Source of the DNA: Gemmatimonadota bacterium
GTDB taxonomy: Bacteria; Gemmatimonadota; Gemmatimonadetes; Gemmatimonadales; GWC2-71-9
Direction: 5' to 3'
DNA length: 64,000 bases
Assembly (NCBI GenBank): GCA_041482275.1
Contig: JBGPDL010000003.1
Location: forward strand, 10,962-74,961
The position numbers were made by a program, and so were the translations under genes. Of this stretch, positions 44,500 to 54,268 are shown piece after piece. The notes beneath the pieces are model-generated. The model saw only the letters and a program-made list of their open reading frames with translations, was not told the DNA's origin and did not search any database. The stretch's first letter is position 1. Every line of letters starts with the position of its first letter.

Positions 44500-46965
44500 A
44501 TGACTGCTTCCACCCGTACCGGCACGCTCGATCTGAGCCCCAACGCCGTCATTGTGCTCGAGCGACGGTATCTGCTGAAGGACGACCAGGGGAAGCCTGT
44601 CGAGCGACCCGAAGACCTGTTCTGGCGTGTGGCGCGCACCATCGCCGAGCCCGACGGGCGCTACGGGGCGTCGGACAAGGCGGTGGAGGCCTTGGCGGAG
44701 ACGTTCTTCGAGCTCATGGCCACCCGCGTCTGGATGCCCAACTCGCCGACCCTGATGAACGCCGGGCGGCCCCTGGGGCAGCTGTCGGCCTGTTTCGTGC
44801 TTCCCGTGGACGACGCGCTCTCGAACGGCCAGAGTGGCATCTACGACACGCTGCGGGCGATGGCGCTGGTGCACCAGTCGGGCGGCGGCACTGGCTTCTC
44901 CTTCTCCCGCCTCCGTCCCAAGAACGACGTCGTCCGGTCCACGATGGGTGTGGCATCGGGCCCCGTGTCGTTCATGAAGTTGTACGACGCGTCCACCGAC
45001 GTCGTGAAGCAGGGCGGAACCCGCCGCGGGGCGAACATGGGCGTCTTGCGCGTCGATCACCCCGACATTCTGGAGTTCATCGGGTGCAAGGACGACCTCA
45101 CCCAAGTGACCAACTTCAACATCTCGGTGGCGGTCACGGACGCCTTCATGCGGGCGGTGGAGGAGGGGTCGGGCTACGACCTGATCCACCCGCGCACCGG
45201 CTCGGTGGTCGGCCGACTGGACGCCCGCGAAGTGTTCCGCAAGATCGTCCACGGCGCCTGGAAGACGGGTGAACCGGGCGTGTACTTCATCGACCGGGCC
45301 AACTACTACAATCCGGTACCGCGCCTGGGCAGCTACGAAGCGACCAACCCGTGCGGCGAGCAGCCGCTGCTCCCCTACGACGTGTGCAACCTCGGCTCGG
45401 TCAACCTTGGCCTGTTCGTGAGGGACGGAGACGTCGATTGGGATCGTCTGCGGACGGTCGTGCATCTCTGCACGCATTTCCTCGACAATGTCATCGAAGC
45501 GAACAAGTACCCGCTCGCTGAGATCGACGACCTGGCCAAGCGGATTCGCCGCATCGGCCTGGGTGTGATGGGCTGGGCCGATCTACTGGTGCGGCTCGGG
45601 CTGCCCTACAACTCGGACGAGGGCGTTGCCCTGGGACGCAAGGTGATGGACTTTGTGGACGAGGAGACGAAGGCTGCCTCGGAGAAGCTGGCGGAACAGC
45701 GCGGCGTGTTCCCCGAGTGGGAGCAGTCGATCTGGGGTCCGGACGCGACGGGCGCGCGCGGGCCCGGGGGGGAGCGGGTGCGCCCCATGCGCCGCTTGCG
45801 CAACTGCAACCTGACCACCGTGGCGCCCACCGGTACGATCTCGATCATCGCGGGGTGCTCCTCGGGTATCGAGCCGCTGTTCGCGGTCGCGTTCATGCGC
45901 AATCAGGCGGGCATGCTGATGCCCGACGTGAACGGGGACTTCGTGGCGATTGCGAAGCAGGAGGGGTGGTATTCCGACGCCCTGATGCAGCAAATCGCCG
46001 AGGCGGGTCACATCCACTTCGATACGGTGCCGGCGAAATGGCAGCGCGTGTTCGTCACTGCCCACGACGTGACTCCCGAGTGGCATATCCAAATGCAGGC
46101 GGCGTTCCAGGAGTTCACCGACTCGGCGATCTCCAAGACCTGCAACTTCTCGAACGACGCGACCGAGGAGTACGTCGAGAAGATCTACCGCTACGCCTAC
46201 AAGCTCGGCTGCAAGGGCGTGACGGTGTACCGCGACGGCGCCCGCGAGATGCAGGTGCTCTCCACGGGGTCGACGGCCAAAAAGGTGCAGGCGCAGGCGG
46301 GGGGAACGGGGGGGGAGGGGACGGGCAAGGACGCGCTGGCCGAGGCGTTGGGACGCCTCGCCGAGCTCGAGGCCGAGCTCGGGCGCACGCGCGACCAGCT
46401 CCACGACGCCGAGGCGGAGAATCTGCAACGGCGCGCAAAGCGGTCGCGCCCCGACTTGCTCAAGGGCGCTACCCGCCGGGTCGAGACGCCGCTCGGTACG
46501 ATGTACGTCAACATCACCGAAGACGACAAAGGGCAGCCCTTCGAAGTGTTCATTTCGCTGGGCAAGGCCGGGGGCGCGCTGATGGCCGACGTTGAGGCGA
46601 TCGGCCGCCTGATCTCGCTGGCGCTGCGCTCCGGCATTCCTCTGCGGGAGGTGTACCGCCAGCTGCGCGGCATCTCGTCCGACCGGGTGGTGGGTTTGGG
46701 GCCGAACAAGGTGCTCTCGGTCCCCGACGCGATCGGCATCGCGATCGAGAAGTGGATGCAGGAGAAGCAGGGCATCCAGCAGGACCTGCTGGGTGGCCCG
46801 GCGGCGCCGGTGCGCGTGGGCGTGCCCGGGTCGGACGGAACGGCCGGTGAGCACGCAGGCGACGCGCAGGACTTCATCGGCGCATGTCCCGACTGCGGGT
46901 CCCAACTCGCCTTCATCGAAGGTTGTGCCAAGTGCCACGTGTGCGGGTTCTCGGAGTGCGGTTGA
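44500..46965 (+). CDS. nrdJ: Class II (adenosylcobalamin-dependent) ribonucleotide reductase
   Basis: [18 protein letters not shown] active-site block and [10 protein letters not shown]-terminal zinc ribbon [15 protein letters not shown]. 821 aa. Confidence 0.9.
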   Translation: MTASTRTGTLDLSPNAVIVLERRYLLKDDQGKPVERPEDLFWRVARTIAEPDGRYGASDKAVEALAETFFELMATRVWMPNSPTLMNAGRPLGQLSACFVLPVDDALSNGQSGIYDTLRAMALVHQSGGGTGFSFSRLRPKNDVVRSTMGVASGPVSFMKLYDASTDVVKQGGTRRGANMGVLRVDHPDILEFIGCKDDLTQVTNFNISVAVTDAFMRAVEEGSGYDLIHPRTGSVVGRLDAREVFRKIVHGAWKTGEPGVYFIDRANYYNPVPRLGSYEATNPCGEQPLLPYDVCNLGSVNLGLFVRDGDVDWDRLRTVVHLCTHFLDNVIEANKYPLAEIDDLAKRIRRIGLGVMGWADLLVRLGLPYNSDEGVALGRKVMDFVDEETKAASEKLAEQRGVFPEWEQSIWGPDATGARGPGGERVRPMRRLRNCNLTTVAPTGTISIIAGCSSGIEPLFAVAFMRNQAGMLMPDVNGDFVAIAKQEGWYSDALMQQIAEAGHIHFDTVPAKWQRVFVTAHDVTPEWHIQMQAAFQEFTDSAISKTCNFSNDATEEYVEKIYRYAYKLGCKGVTVYRDGAREMQVLSTGSTAKKVQAQAGGTGGEGTGKDALAEALGRLAELEAELGRTRDQLHDAEAENLQRRAKRSRPDLLKGATRRVETPLGTMYVNITEDDKGQPFEVFISLGKAGGALMADVEAIGRLISLALRSGIPLREVYRQLRGISSDRVVGLGPNKVLSVPDAIGIAIEKWMQEKQGIQQDLLGGPAAPVRVGVPGSDGTAGEHAGDAQDFIGACPDCGSQLAFIEGCAKCHVCGFSECG

Positions 46966-46988
46966 GCGATGCGCTGCCAGACTCGCAC

Positions 46989-47040
46989 TGCTGACGACGG
47001 AGTTGCCCGGGACCCCCGAGCAGCTCCGTTTGTACGTCAG
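46989..47040 (+). terminator. Long hairpin downstream of nrdJ
   Basis: Outer stem GCTGACG/CGTCAGC enclosing ACGGAG/CTCCGT. No clean U-tract. Confidence 0.3.
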
Positions 47041-47192
47041 CGCGGGGAGTCGCCGATCGGTGCCCCGGGCGGCGCCTCGGGAGCGGCGCGCCGCGCCGCG
47101 AGCCCCGGCGGTCAGCCGTCACAGGCCGGGAGGTTCCGGGCGTGTGACCCCTGTCACGACTCGCAACGTCGTGGTGGTGTTATTGTAGGACC

Positions 47193-47582
47193 GTGAGCAT
47201 TCCATTCCGCCCCATGACCCCCACCCGGCTCCAGGCCAAGGGCTGGGCCCGGGTCGGCCGACCCGGCGCGCACCTGCTGCGCCGCGGTGCCTGGTACCCC
47301 GTCGTGCGGATCTCGTCGAGCCACATTGTCGTGCTGGACGTGAACCGCCGCAACGTGCCCGTGGATCGGCGCTTCCTGGAGATTCGCTACCACCCCCCCG
47401 AGCGGTGGAGCATCGTGCGGTGCGAGCCCCGCGAAATTCAGCGGGTCGGGCGGCTGTTCCCGCTCACCTACGCCGTGTGCCCCGCCTGCCGGCACCGGCA
47501 AGCGTTCGAATCGGACGTGAAGGAGATGAGCTGCGAGCGCTGCAAGAAGGACGCGACGCTGGCGTGGGACGAGTTGAGCTAA
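47193..47582 (+). CDS. Conserved-looking hypothetical protein with C-terminal CxxC..CxxC zinc ribbon (paralog 1)
   Basis: 129 aa. Shares GWAR, LRRGAWYPVV, PP..WS.V, TYAVCP.C..RQ.F and C.RC blocks with the ORF at 48266. Confidence 0.6.
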   Translation: MSIPFRPMTPTRLQAKGWARVGRPGAHLLRRGAWYPVVRISSSHIVVLDVNRRNVPVDRRFLEIRYHPPERWSIVRCEPREIQRVGRLFPLTYAVCPACRHRQAFESDVKEMSCERCKKDATLAWDELS

Positions 47583-47603
47583 GAACGGGGACAAGGGACG
47601 CGA

Positions 47604-47642
47604 GACGGGGGACGGGTCGCATCGGTCGACTCGTCCCCCGTC
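47604..47642. terminator. Hairpin between convergent genes (perfect 11-bp stem)
   Basis: GACGGGGGACG ... CGTCCCCCGTC read directly from the sequence. Confidence 0.4.
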
Positions 47643-47660
47643 GCTCATCCCCCCCTCCCG

Positions 47661-48254
47661 CTACGGCACGGTCACGCAATCTCCCAGCGACAGGATTCCC
47701 GACCCGACGCCCTGGCAGTAGTACCCCCGCGTGCCCCCCTCCAAGAACTGCAGGGTCTCCTTCAGCGCGGCGCTTTCCATCATGCCGCCCAGCGCCCAGC
47801 CGCTGAATGGCCGGCAGGGGTGGGCGACCTGGAGTACCTCCAAGCGGGCGAGCTCCAGACCGTCGGGTGAGAGCAGAACGACGCCGCGCTCCAGGTCCTC
47901 GAGCGGCACGGAGCGTTCGGTCTCGACGATGATGTTCTCACCGGCGCAACCCAGCGTGATGCGGTCGCCGAAGCGGTCTCTCATACGGGCGTAGTGCGAC
48001 GTGAAGCCGAGCGACACGCCGTGCGCGCCGTCCTCATTCTTGGTGCGCGGGTGGGCCCGGTGGTGCACGTCTACCAGCCAGGACCCGTCCGGCCCCTGCC
48101 CCAGCGCCCCGTCCGGCCCGATCAGCAACCGGTCCACGGAAAGGAGCGGGGCAGGGTCGTACGTACGGGTGGGCTTCTCGCCGGTCTTGAGCGAGGCCCG
48201 CTGGATCTGCAGGCGGACGATGCGGCCGAGTTCGCGCATAACAAAATCTATCAA
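47661..48254 (-). CDS. MOSC domain-containing protein
   Basis: LGCAGENIIVE and HPCRPFSGW blocks typical of MOSC beta-barrel domains. 197 aa. The start could instead be the internal Met at 48239. Confidence 0.6.
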   Translation of the reverse strand: MIDFVMRELGRIVRLQIQRASLKTGEKPTRTYDPAPLLSVDRLLIGPDGALGQGPDGSWLVDVHHRAHPRTKNEDGAHGVSLGFTSHYARMRDRFGDRITLGCAGENIIVETERSVPLEDLERGVVLLSPDGLELARLEVLQVAHPCRPFSGWALGGMMESAALKETLQFLEGGTRGYYCQGVGSGILSLGDCVTVP

Positions 48255-48265
48255 AACGTGGTATC

Positions 48266-48649
48266 ATGGGGGCCTTCACTCCCATGCGCGTCACGCTCGG
48301 TTGGGCCCGGTGTGCGGACAACGTGGCGGACATCCTTCGCCGCGGTGCCTGGTATCCCGTCGTCGAGGAGTCGGCGGACGGGCACGTCGTGGTCGAGGTG
48401 CGGCAGCAGCGTGTGCGACTGGCCAGGAGCGACGTAACGATCCGAACCGAGCCCCCCGACCACTGGAGCGTCGTGGCCCGGACCGGATTGCTCCGGCCCA
48501 CGCTGGGAGGGCGGGGGAGCGAGGTGGCCACGACCTACGCGGTTTGCCCGCTGTGCCACTACCGCCAAGACTTCGCGGCGAAGCCGGCCACCCTGAAATG
48601 CGTCCGCTGTGGCGCCAACTCCCCGGTGGATTGGTCGGAGACGTGCTGA
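48266..48649 (+). CDS. Hypothetical zinc-ribbon protein (paralog 2 of 47193..47582)
   Basis: 127 aa. See the paralog blocks listed above. CPLCHYRQ ... CVRCG. Confidence 0.6.
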   Translation: MGAFTPMRVTLGWARCADNVADILRRGAWYPVVEESADGHVVVEVRQQRVRLARSDVTIRTEPPDHWSVVARTGLLRPTLGGRGSEVATTYAVCPLCHYRQDFAAKPATLKCVRCGANSPVDWSETC

Positions 48650-48676
48650 CCGGCGGGTTGCAGGGAGTGGGAGGTG

Positions 48677-48712
48677 TTTAGTATATTAACAATCAACATG
48701 TTAACTACTAAC
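48677..48712. promoter_or_regulatory. AT-rich imperfect inverted repeat upstream of marR (likely promoter/operator)
   Basis: TTTAGTATATTAACAATCAACATGTTAACTACTAAC stands out in a GC-rich genome. GTTAAC/TTAAC half-sites. Ends 6 nt before the ATG. Confidence 0.35.
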
Positions 48713-48717
48713 GTGGG

Positions 48718-49179
48718 ATGCCCGACCGCTCTGAGCTCGCCCTGCAGCTGACCGACGCGGTCGCCGCAGCCCACGCGGCGGTGCAGCGCGCCGGCGACCG
48801 CGCCTTCCGCGCCTACGGCCTGTCGCACCGCGCGCACGCCGCCCTCGTCGCCGTGGATCAGGGTGGCCCGGACGGCGCCCGTCCCATGGACATCGCCGCA
48901 CAGCTGCGGGTGTCACGCGCGGCCGCGACCACGTTCATCCAGCGGCTCGAGACGAAAGGGCTGGTCGAGACCACGCCCGACGCCGAGGACGACCGCGGCG
49001 TGCGCGTCACGCTCACGCGGCACGGCCTGGACGTACTGCTGCGCGCCGGGCAGCTGGAGCGTCGGCTCGCCGCGCGGGCCATCGAGGGGCTGCCCGCCTC
49101 GAGCATCGGCCGCACCGTCCACGTGTTGGAAGAGTTCGAGCATCGACTCGCGGAGAAGCAGATCGGGGTGGTACGCTAG
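48718..49179 (+). CDS. MarR family transcriptional regulator
   Basis: Winged-helix region MDIAAQLRVSRAATTFIQRLETKGLVE..DDRGVRVTLT. 153 aa. Confidence 0.85.
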   Translation: MPDRSELALQLTDAVAAAHAAVQRAGDRAFRAYGLSHRAHAALVAVDQGGPDGARPMDIAAQLRVSRAAATTFIQRLETKGLVETTPDAEDDRGVRVTLTRHGLDVLLRAGQLERRLAARAIEGLPASSIGRTVHVLEEFEHRLAEKQIGVVR

Positions 49180-49431
49180 GAACGGGCGCAGGGGCGGGTT
49201 ACACATGTGCGTATCTTTATACAGGGCTCGGCGCGCGATCGGGGCGCCCGGCGGGTCGAGACATCACGTGAGGTCCGCCACGTACCGGACCACTCACTAA
49301 CCACTTAGGTCGCATCCGGGAGTCCAAGTCCCATGCCACTCGATCGGCCTCGGCGCGCGCCCTCCTCCGCCGAGTTTTCCACAGATCGCGCAACCACGGG
49401 AAATGTTGAAAACCTTGCTCACCGAAGGGAG

Positions 49432-50853
49432 ATGGGTCTGATCCGCCGCACCAAGATCGTAGCCACGCTGGGTCCCGCGACCGGAACGCCGGAGCGCATC
49501 GCGGGACTGATCGCCGCTGGTGCCAACGTGATCCGCGTGAACGCGTCGCATGGGACGCCCGCGCTCAGGGCGGGCTGGATCGCCGCGGTGCGGCAGGCGG
49601 CCCAGGCCGCGGACGCGGCGGTGGCCGTGCTGGTGGACCTGCAGGGGCCGCGCATCCGGGTCGGCCGCTTGGCGCAGCCACGCCTGCTCCGTCCCGGGGA
49701 GACCGTGGTCCTCGCGCCCGAGGAGACGGCGAAGGGCGACGAGCTGCCGACCACGTACGCCGATCTCGCCGCCGACGCGCGGCTCGGCGCCCGCATCCTG
49801 CTGAACGACGGGCTGCTCTCGCTCGAGGTGACGGACATCGTGCCACCGCGCGTGGAGTGCCGGGTGGTGGACGGCGGAACCCTCACGTCGAACAAGGGGA
49901 TGAACCTGCCCGGGCTGCAGGTGTCCGCCCCTGCGCTCACGGACAAGGACCGTGAGGACGTGGCCCACGCCGTCGCCGTCGGCGTCGACTACCTCGCGCT
50001 CTCGTTCGTGCGGCGGGCCGAGGACCTCGGCGAATTGCGGGCCCTCGTTCCGCCCGAGGTGAAGCTCGTCGCCAAGATCGAAAAGGCGACCGCGCTCGAC
50101 GACCTGACGCGCATCCTCGAGGCCTGTGACGCGGTGATGGTCGCCCGTGGCGATCTCGGGGTGGAGCTGCCGTTCGAAGAGGTGCCGGTGGTTCAAAAGC
50201 GCCTCATCCGCGAGGCGAGTCGCCATGGCAAGCCGGTGATCACTGCGACCCAGATGCTCGAGTCGATGGTGCACAACCCGCGCCCCACCCGCGCCGAAGC
50301 CTCCGATGTGGCCAACGCGATCCTCGACGGGACCGATGCCGTCATGCTCTCGGCTGAGACCGCCGTGGGGGAGTATCCGTTCGAGGCCGTACGGGCCATG
50401 GACCGCATCATCCGCGAGATGGAGCGCCCCGGGGTTGCGGCGGTGGTGGGGTCGAGCCGGGACGAGCGCCGTCCGATGCAGGGGGAGACCGTCTCGGTCG
50501 AGGACGCGATCGCGCTCGGCACGAGCGCCGTGGCGCGCATGCTGCAGACACCCCTGATCGTGACGCTCACCAAGGGAGGATTCACGTCCCGCAAGGTCGC
50601 CGCCCTGCGCACGCCGGTGCCGATCCTGGCCGTGACCACCGAGCCCGTGACGTACCGCCAGCTCGCGCTGGTGTGGGGGGTGACGCCGGTCGCGGTGGAC
50701 CGTGTCCCGGGGTACGACGCCATGCTGGCCGTGGTGCGTGATCTGATCCTGCGGCGGGGGTTCGCCCGCGCCGGCGACCGTATCGTGATGACGGCCGGCT
50801 TGCCGTGGGACGTGTCTGGAACCACCAACCTGCTCAAGGTCGAGGTGGTGTGA
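49432..50853 (+). CDS. pyk: Pyruvate kinase
   Basis: RRTKIVATLGPAT, NASHG, KIE, MVARGDLGVE and TQMLESM motifs. ATG at 49432 preceded by GAAGGGAG. Confidence 0.95.
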   Translation: MGLIRRTKIVATLGPATGTPERIAGLIAAGANVIRVNASHGTPALRAGWIAAVRQAAQAADAAVAVLVDLQGPRIRVGRLAQPRLLRPGETVVLAPEETAKGDELPTTYADLAADARLGARILLNDGLLSLEVTDIVPPRVECRVVDGGTLTSNKGMNLPGLQVSAPALTDKDREDVAHAVAVGVDYLALSFVRRAEDLGELRALVPPEVKLVAKIEKATALDDLTRILEACDAVMVARGDLGVELPFEEVPVVQKRLIREASRHGKPVITATQMLESMVHNPRPTRAEASDVANAILDGTDAVMLSAETAVGEYPFEAVRAMDRIIREMERPGVAAVVGSSRDERRPMQGETVSVEDAIALGTSAVARMLQTPLIVTLTKGGFTSRKVAALRTPVPILAVTTEPVTYRQLALVWGVTPVAVDRVPGYDAMLAVVRDLILRRGFARAGDRIVMTAGLPWDVSGTTNLLKVEVV

Positions 50854-50854
50854 C

Positions 50855-51634
50855 GTGAGGCTCGTCTTCTTGGGGACGGGCACGTCGTACGGGGTGCCGC
50901 AGATCGGCTGTGCGTGCCGCACGTGTGTGTCGTCCGATCCACGCGACCGCCGCACCCGCACCGCGGCGCTGATCGAGTCGGCGGGCCGGCGTCTCCTCAT
51001 CGACACGCCGCCCGAGCTGCGGCTGCAGTTGGTGGGCGCGGGCGTGGGGTCCGTCGACGCCGTGTTGTTCACGCACGCGCACGCCGACCACGTCCACGGG
51101 ATCGACGACCTGCGCGCCGTCTCGGCGGGGCGGCGGGCGCCCCTCGACGTATACGCGGCGGCCGCCACGCTCGCCGAGCTGGAGCGCCGGTTCGACTACA
51201 TCTTCGACGGCACGCCCGCGCATCCCGGGACGAGCAAGCCGGAGCTGGTGGGGCATCCGCTCGAGCCGGACCGGGAGACGGAGATCGCCGGCATGGCGGT
51301 GCGGGCGCTCGCCCTGCCGCACGGCGATCGTACGGTACTCGGCTTCCGCGTGGGGCCGATCGCCTACTTGACGGATGTCAAGGCGATTCCCGAGCCGGCG
51401 CTCAGCCGGCTCGCGGGGCTCGAGGTGCTGGTCCTGAACGCGCTGCTGCCGCGGCCGCACCCGCTCCATCTCTCGATCCCCGAGGCCGTAGCGGCGGCGC
51501 AGCAGATCGGCGCGCGGCAAACCTTCCTCACGCACCTGACGCATCACACGCCGCATGCGGACCTCGCGGCGCAGCTTCCCGCGGGCATCGCGCCCGCGCA
51601 CGATGGACTGGTCATCGAGGTGGGCGCGGCCTAG
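50855..51634 (+). CDS. MBL-fold metallo-hydrolase (PhnP-like)
   Basis: FLGTGTS, FTHAHADHVHG (HxHxDH) and CxxC near the N-terminus. 259 aa. Confidence 0.75.
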   Translation: MRLVFLGTGTSYGVPQIGCACRTCVSSDPRDRRTRTAALIESAGRRLLIDTPPELRLQLVGAGVGSVDAVLFTHAHADHVHGIDDLRAVSAGRRAPLDVYAAAATLAELERRFDYIFDGTPAHPGTSKPELVGHPLEPDRETEIAGMAVRALALPHGDRTVLGFRVGPIAYLTDVKAIPEPALSRLAGLEVLVLNALLPRPHPLHLSIPEAVAAAQQIGARQTFLTHLTHHTPHADLAAQLPAGIAPAHDGLVIEVGAA

Positions 51635-51660
51635 ATTCGTCGCGAGGAGGAGCGCGGGGG

Positions 51661-53037
51661 ATGGCGAACGTGTCCGACACGACGTTGCAGCGGTTCCAGA
51701 GCCCGGCGGTGCGCCAGAGCGCGGCGCTGGACGAGCTGGTGCGCCAGGCGGTGTTCGGCGGACCGGAGGAGCGCGACCGGGCGCGCTGGCTGATCTGGGA
51801 GATCGGGCAACGGGCCGGCGTGCGGCCCGCGTCGATCCACGAGCTCTACCTGGCGCGCGGCCGCGGTGAGGTCCGGCCGTTCACGACCCCGGCGATGAAC
51901 ATCCGCGTGCTCGCCTACGATTCGGCGCGCGCCATCTTCCGTGCCGCGCGGCGGCTCGACGTGGGCGCCGTCATCTGCGAGATCGCCCGCTCCGAGATCG
52001 GGTACACCGAGCAGCGCCCCGCCGAATACGTCGCGGTGATGACCGCCGCCGCGCTGCGCGAAGGGTTCTCGGGACCGCTGTTCATCCAGGGCGACCACGT
52101 CCAGGTGAACGCCAAGAAGTACGCCGCCGACCCCGAGACCGAGCTGCAGGCGATCCGTACCCTCGTCGAAGAGGAGCTGCACGCCGGCTTCTACAACATC
52201 GACGTGGATACCTCGACACTGGTGGACCTGTCCCAGCCCTCGCTCGAACAGCAGCAGCGCGTGAACTACGAGCGCGCCGCGGAGCTGACCAAGTTCATCC
52301 GCGACCGCGAGCCCGAGGGAGTGACCGTGTCGGTGGGCGCGGAAATCGGCGAAGTGGGCGGCAAGAACTCCGATGTGCACGAGCTCAAGGCATTCATGGA
52401 CGGCTACGGGCGCGCGCTCCAGCGCCTGGGAGGCTACACCGGCATCAGCAAGATCTCCGTTCAGACGGGTACGAGCCACGGCGGTGTGGTGCTCCCCGAT
52501 GGGTCGATCGCCAAGGTGCAACTCGACCTCGAGGCGCTGCGGGCGCTCTCGGCCGACGCGCGCGCCAAGTACGGGCTGGGTGGCGCGGTGCAGCACGGTG
52601 CCTCCACGCTTCCTCCCGACGCCTTCGGCCACTTCCCCAAGTGCGAAGCCATCGAGATTCACCTGGCCACCAACTTCCAGAACATCGTGTTCGACCACCC
52701 CAAGCTCCCGGCGGACGTGCGGCGGGACGTGAACGAGTGGGTGAAGGTCCAGTGCAAGGACGAGTGGAAAAAGGGAGACACGGAAGAGCAGTTCATCTAC
52801 AAGAGCCGGAAGAAGGCGATCGGTCCGTTCAAGCGGAGGTTGTGGGACATGCCGGTGGACGTGCGGGCCGCGATCGCGGCCGATCTCGAGAAGACGTTCG
52901 CCTTCCTGTTCGAGCAGCTCCGAGTCGCGGACACGCGCGCGGTCACCGATCGCTATGTCAAGCAGCCGTTGCAGTCGCACGCGGAGCCGCGTCCGGTGGC
53001 GGTGGCAGCGCCCGACGATCTGGAGGCCGGCGAATGA
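51661..53037 (+). CDS. Class II aldolase family protein (fructose/tagatose-bisphosphate aldolase type, long form)
   Basis: GDHVQV, VQTGTSHGG and QHGAST metal/phosphate-binding blocks. ATG at 51661; the upstream part of the track ORF overlaps the MBL gene. Confidence 0.7.
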   Translation: MANVSDTTLQRFQSPAVRQSAALDELVRQAVFGGPEERDRARWLIWEIGQRAGVRPASIHELYLARGRGEVRPFTTPAMNIRVLAYDSARAIFRAARRLDVGAVICEIARSEIGYTEQRPAEYVAVMTAAALREGFSGPLFIQGDHVQVNAKKYAADPETELQAIRTLVEEELHAGFYNIDVDTSTLVDLSQPSLEQQQRVNYERAAELTKFIRDREPEGVTVSVGAEIGEVGGKNSDVHELKAFMDGYGRALQRLGGYTGISKISVQTGTSHGGVVLPDGSIAKVQLDLEALRALSADARAKYGLGGAVQHGASTLPPDAFGHFPKCEAIEIHLATNFQNIVFDHPKLPADVRRDVNEWVKVQCKDEWKKGDTEEQFIYKSRKKAIGPFKRRLWDMPVDVRAAIAADLEKTFAFLFEQLRVADTRAVTDRYVKQPLQSHAEPRPVAVAAPDDLEAGE

Positions 53038-53381
53038 GCGAGCGGGAAGGCGGGTCTGGGTTTGGGCCGTTCCTGCTCGGCATGAGCCTGGGCGCGGTGC
53101 TGGGATTCCTGTTCGCCCCCGAGGCCGGGCAGGCGGCTCGCGGCCGGCTGTCGCGGAAGCTGCGCGGGTTGCGCGACCTCGCCGTCGACAAGGCAGGTGA
53201 GCTGAGCGAGCTGTTCGACGACGCCGCGGAGGCGGGCGCGGAGGAACCGCCCACGGCGCGCGCCGCGCTCGAGCAGCGGCTCACCGAGGCCAAGCACCGC
53301 CGCCGCGGCGGCAAGTCCGGAGGCCGGGCGCTGCCGCGTCCGGCGGCGCGCGGCGACGAGGAGAACGAGCCCCTCGCGTGA
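53034..53381 (+). CDS. YtxH-like membrane-anchored protein
   Basis: GFGPFLLGMSLGAVLGFLFAPEAGQAARGRL is the YtxH signature. ATGA overlap with the previous gene. Confidence 0.65.
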   Translation: MSEREGGSGFGPFLLGMSLGAVLGFLFAPEAGQAARGRLSRKLRGLRDLAVDKAGELSELFDDAAEAGAEEPPTARAALEQRLTEAKHRRRGGKSGGRALPRPAARGDEENEPLA

Positions 53382-54268
53382 GGGCCGAAGCCGGCTGGCA
53401 TCGGTCGCTGACCGGGATCGCCCGCCGCACGTTCGAGGCGGCCTTCGAAGACAACATCCCGTTCCTCGCAAGCGCGTTGTCGTTCGATTTGCTTCTCACC
53501 ATCATCCCGTTCGTCGCGCTGTTGCTCGCCACCGTCGGGTATCTGGTGCAACATCAGGTGACGGCCCAGCAGATGGAGCTGCACGAGCTGCTCGCCCGCC
53601 TGCTCCCCAGCACCGCGGGCGGCGTGCCCGAGCCGGTGTTCGCGCAGGTCGAGAGCGCCCTGGCCGGGGTCGTGCGCCAGCGCGGCCGGCTCACCGCGGT
53701 GGGACTCCCGTTGTTCCTGTGGTTCTCCACCCGCCTGTTCGGCGGCCTCCGGGCCGCGCTCAACGAGGTGTTCGACACCGACGAGCAGCGCTCCTGGCCC
53801 GTCGCCAAACTGCTCGATCTCGTCATGGTGCTGTGGACCGGGGCGCTGCTCGTGCTGGGCGCGCTGGTGGCCACGTGGGAGGCCAGCAACGCGGGCGCCG
53901 TGGCCCACAGTTTCCCGCTCGACTGGATGTGGCACCTGAGTCTTGAGACGATCGCGTTCGCACTCGGCGTCGCGTTGTTCTTCTCGATCTTCAAGTTCCT
54001 GCCGAGCCGGCGGATCCCCTGGCGCACGGCGCTCGTCGCGGCGGCGTTCTGTGCCCTCGGCTTCGAGATGGCGAAGCGACTGTACGCCCTGTACGTGATC
54101 CGCTTCGCCACCCTCGACCGCGTCGCGTCGGACGCCAACATCGTCGCCCTGTTCTTGTTCCTGCTCTGGGTCTACTACACCGCGTACCTGTTCCTGCTGG
54201 GCGGTGAGGTGGCCGAGACGTACGATCTGGTGCGGATGCGGCGGTCGCAGCGGGTCCAGCTAGGATGA
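53378..54268 (+). CDS. YihY/BrkB (ribonuclease BN-like) family membrane protein
   Basis: ASALSFDLLLTIIPF start, multi-TM, C-terminal LLWVYYTAYLFLLGGEV. 296 aa. Confidence 0.8.
   Translation: MRAEAGWHRSLTGIARRTFEAAFEDNIPFLASALSFDLLLTIIPFVALLLATVGYLVQHQVTAQQMELHELLARLLPSTAGGVPEPVFAQVESALAGVVRQRGRLTAVGLPLFLWFSTRLFGGLRAALNEVFDTDEQRSWPVAKLLDLVMVLWTGALLVLGALVATWEASNAGAVAHSFPLDWMWHLSLETIAFALGVALFFSIFKFLPSRRIPWRTALVAAAFCALGFEMAKRLYALYVIRFATLDRVASDANIVALFLFLLWVYYTAYLFLLGGEVAETYDLVRMRRSQRVQLG

Noticed and set aside
49180-49431. 252-bp gap upstream of pyk with a T-arm-like GGGAGTCCAAGTCCC, considered as a tRNA or tRNA remnant
   Set aside because: The stem is only 4 bp and the loop lacks TTC. No acceptor or anticodon arms can be drawn. 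The TATCTT box at 49212 has no convincing -35. Left as unexplained leader or intergenic DNA.
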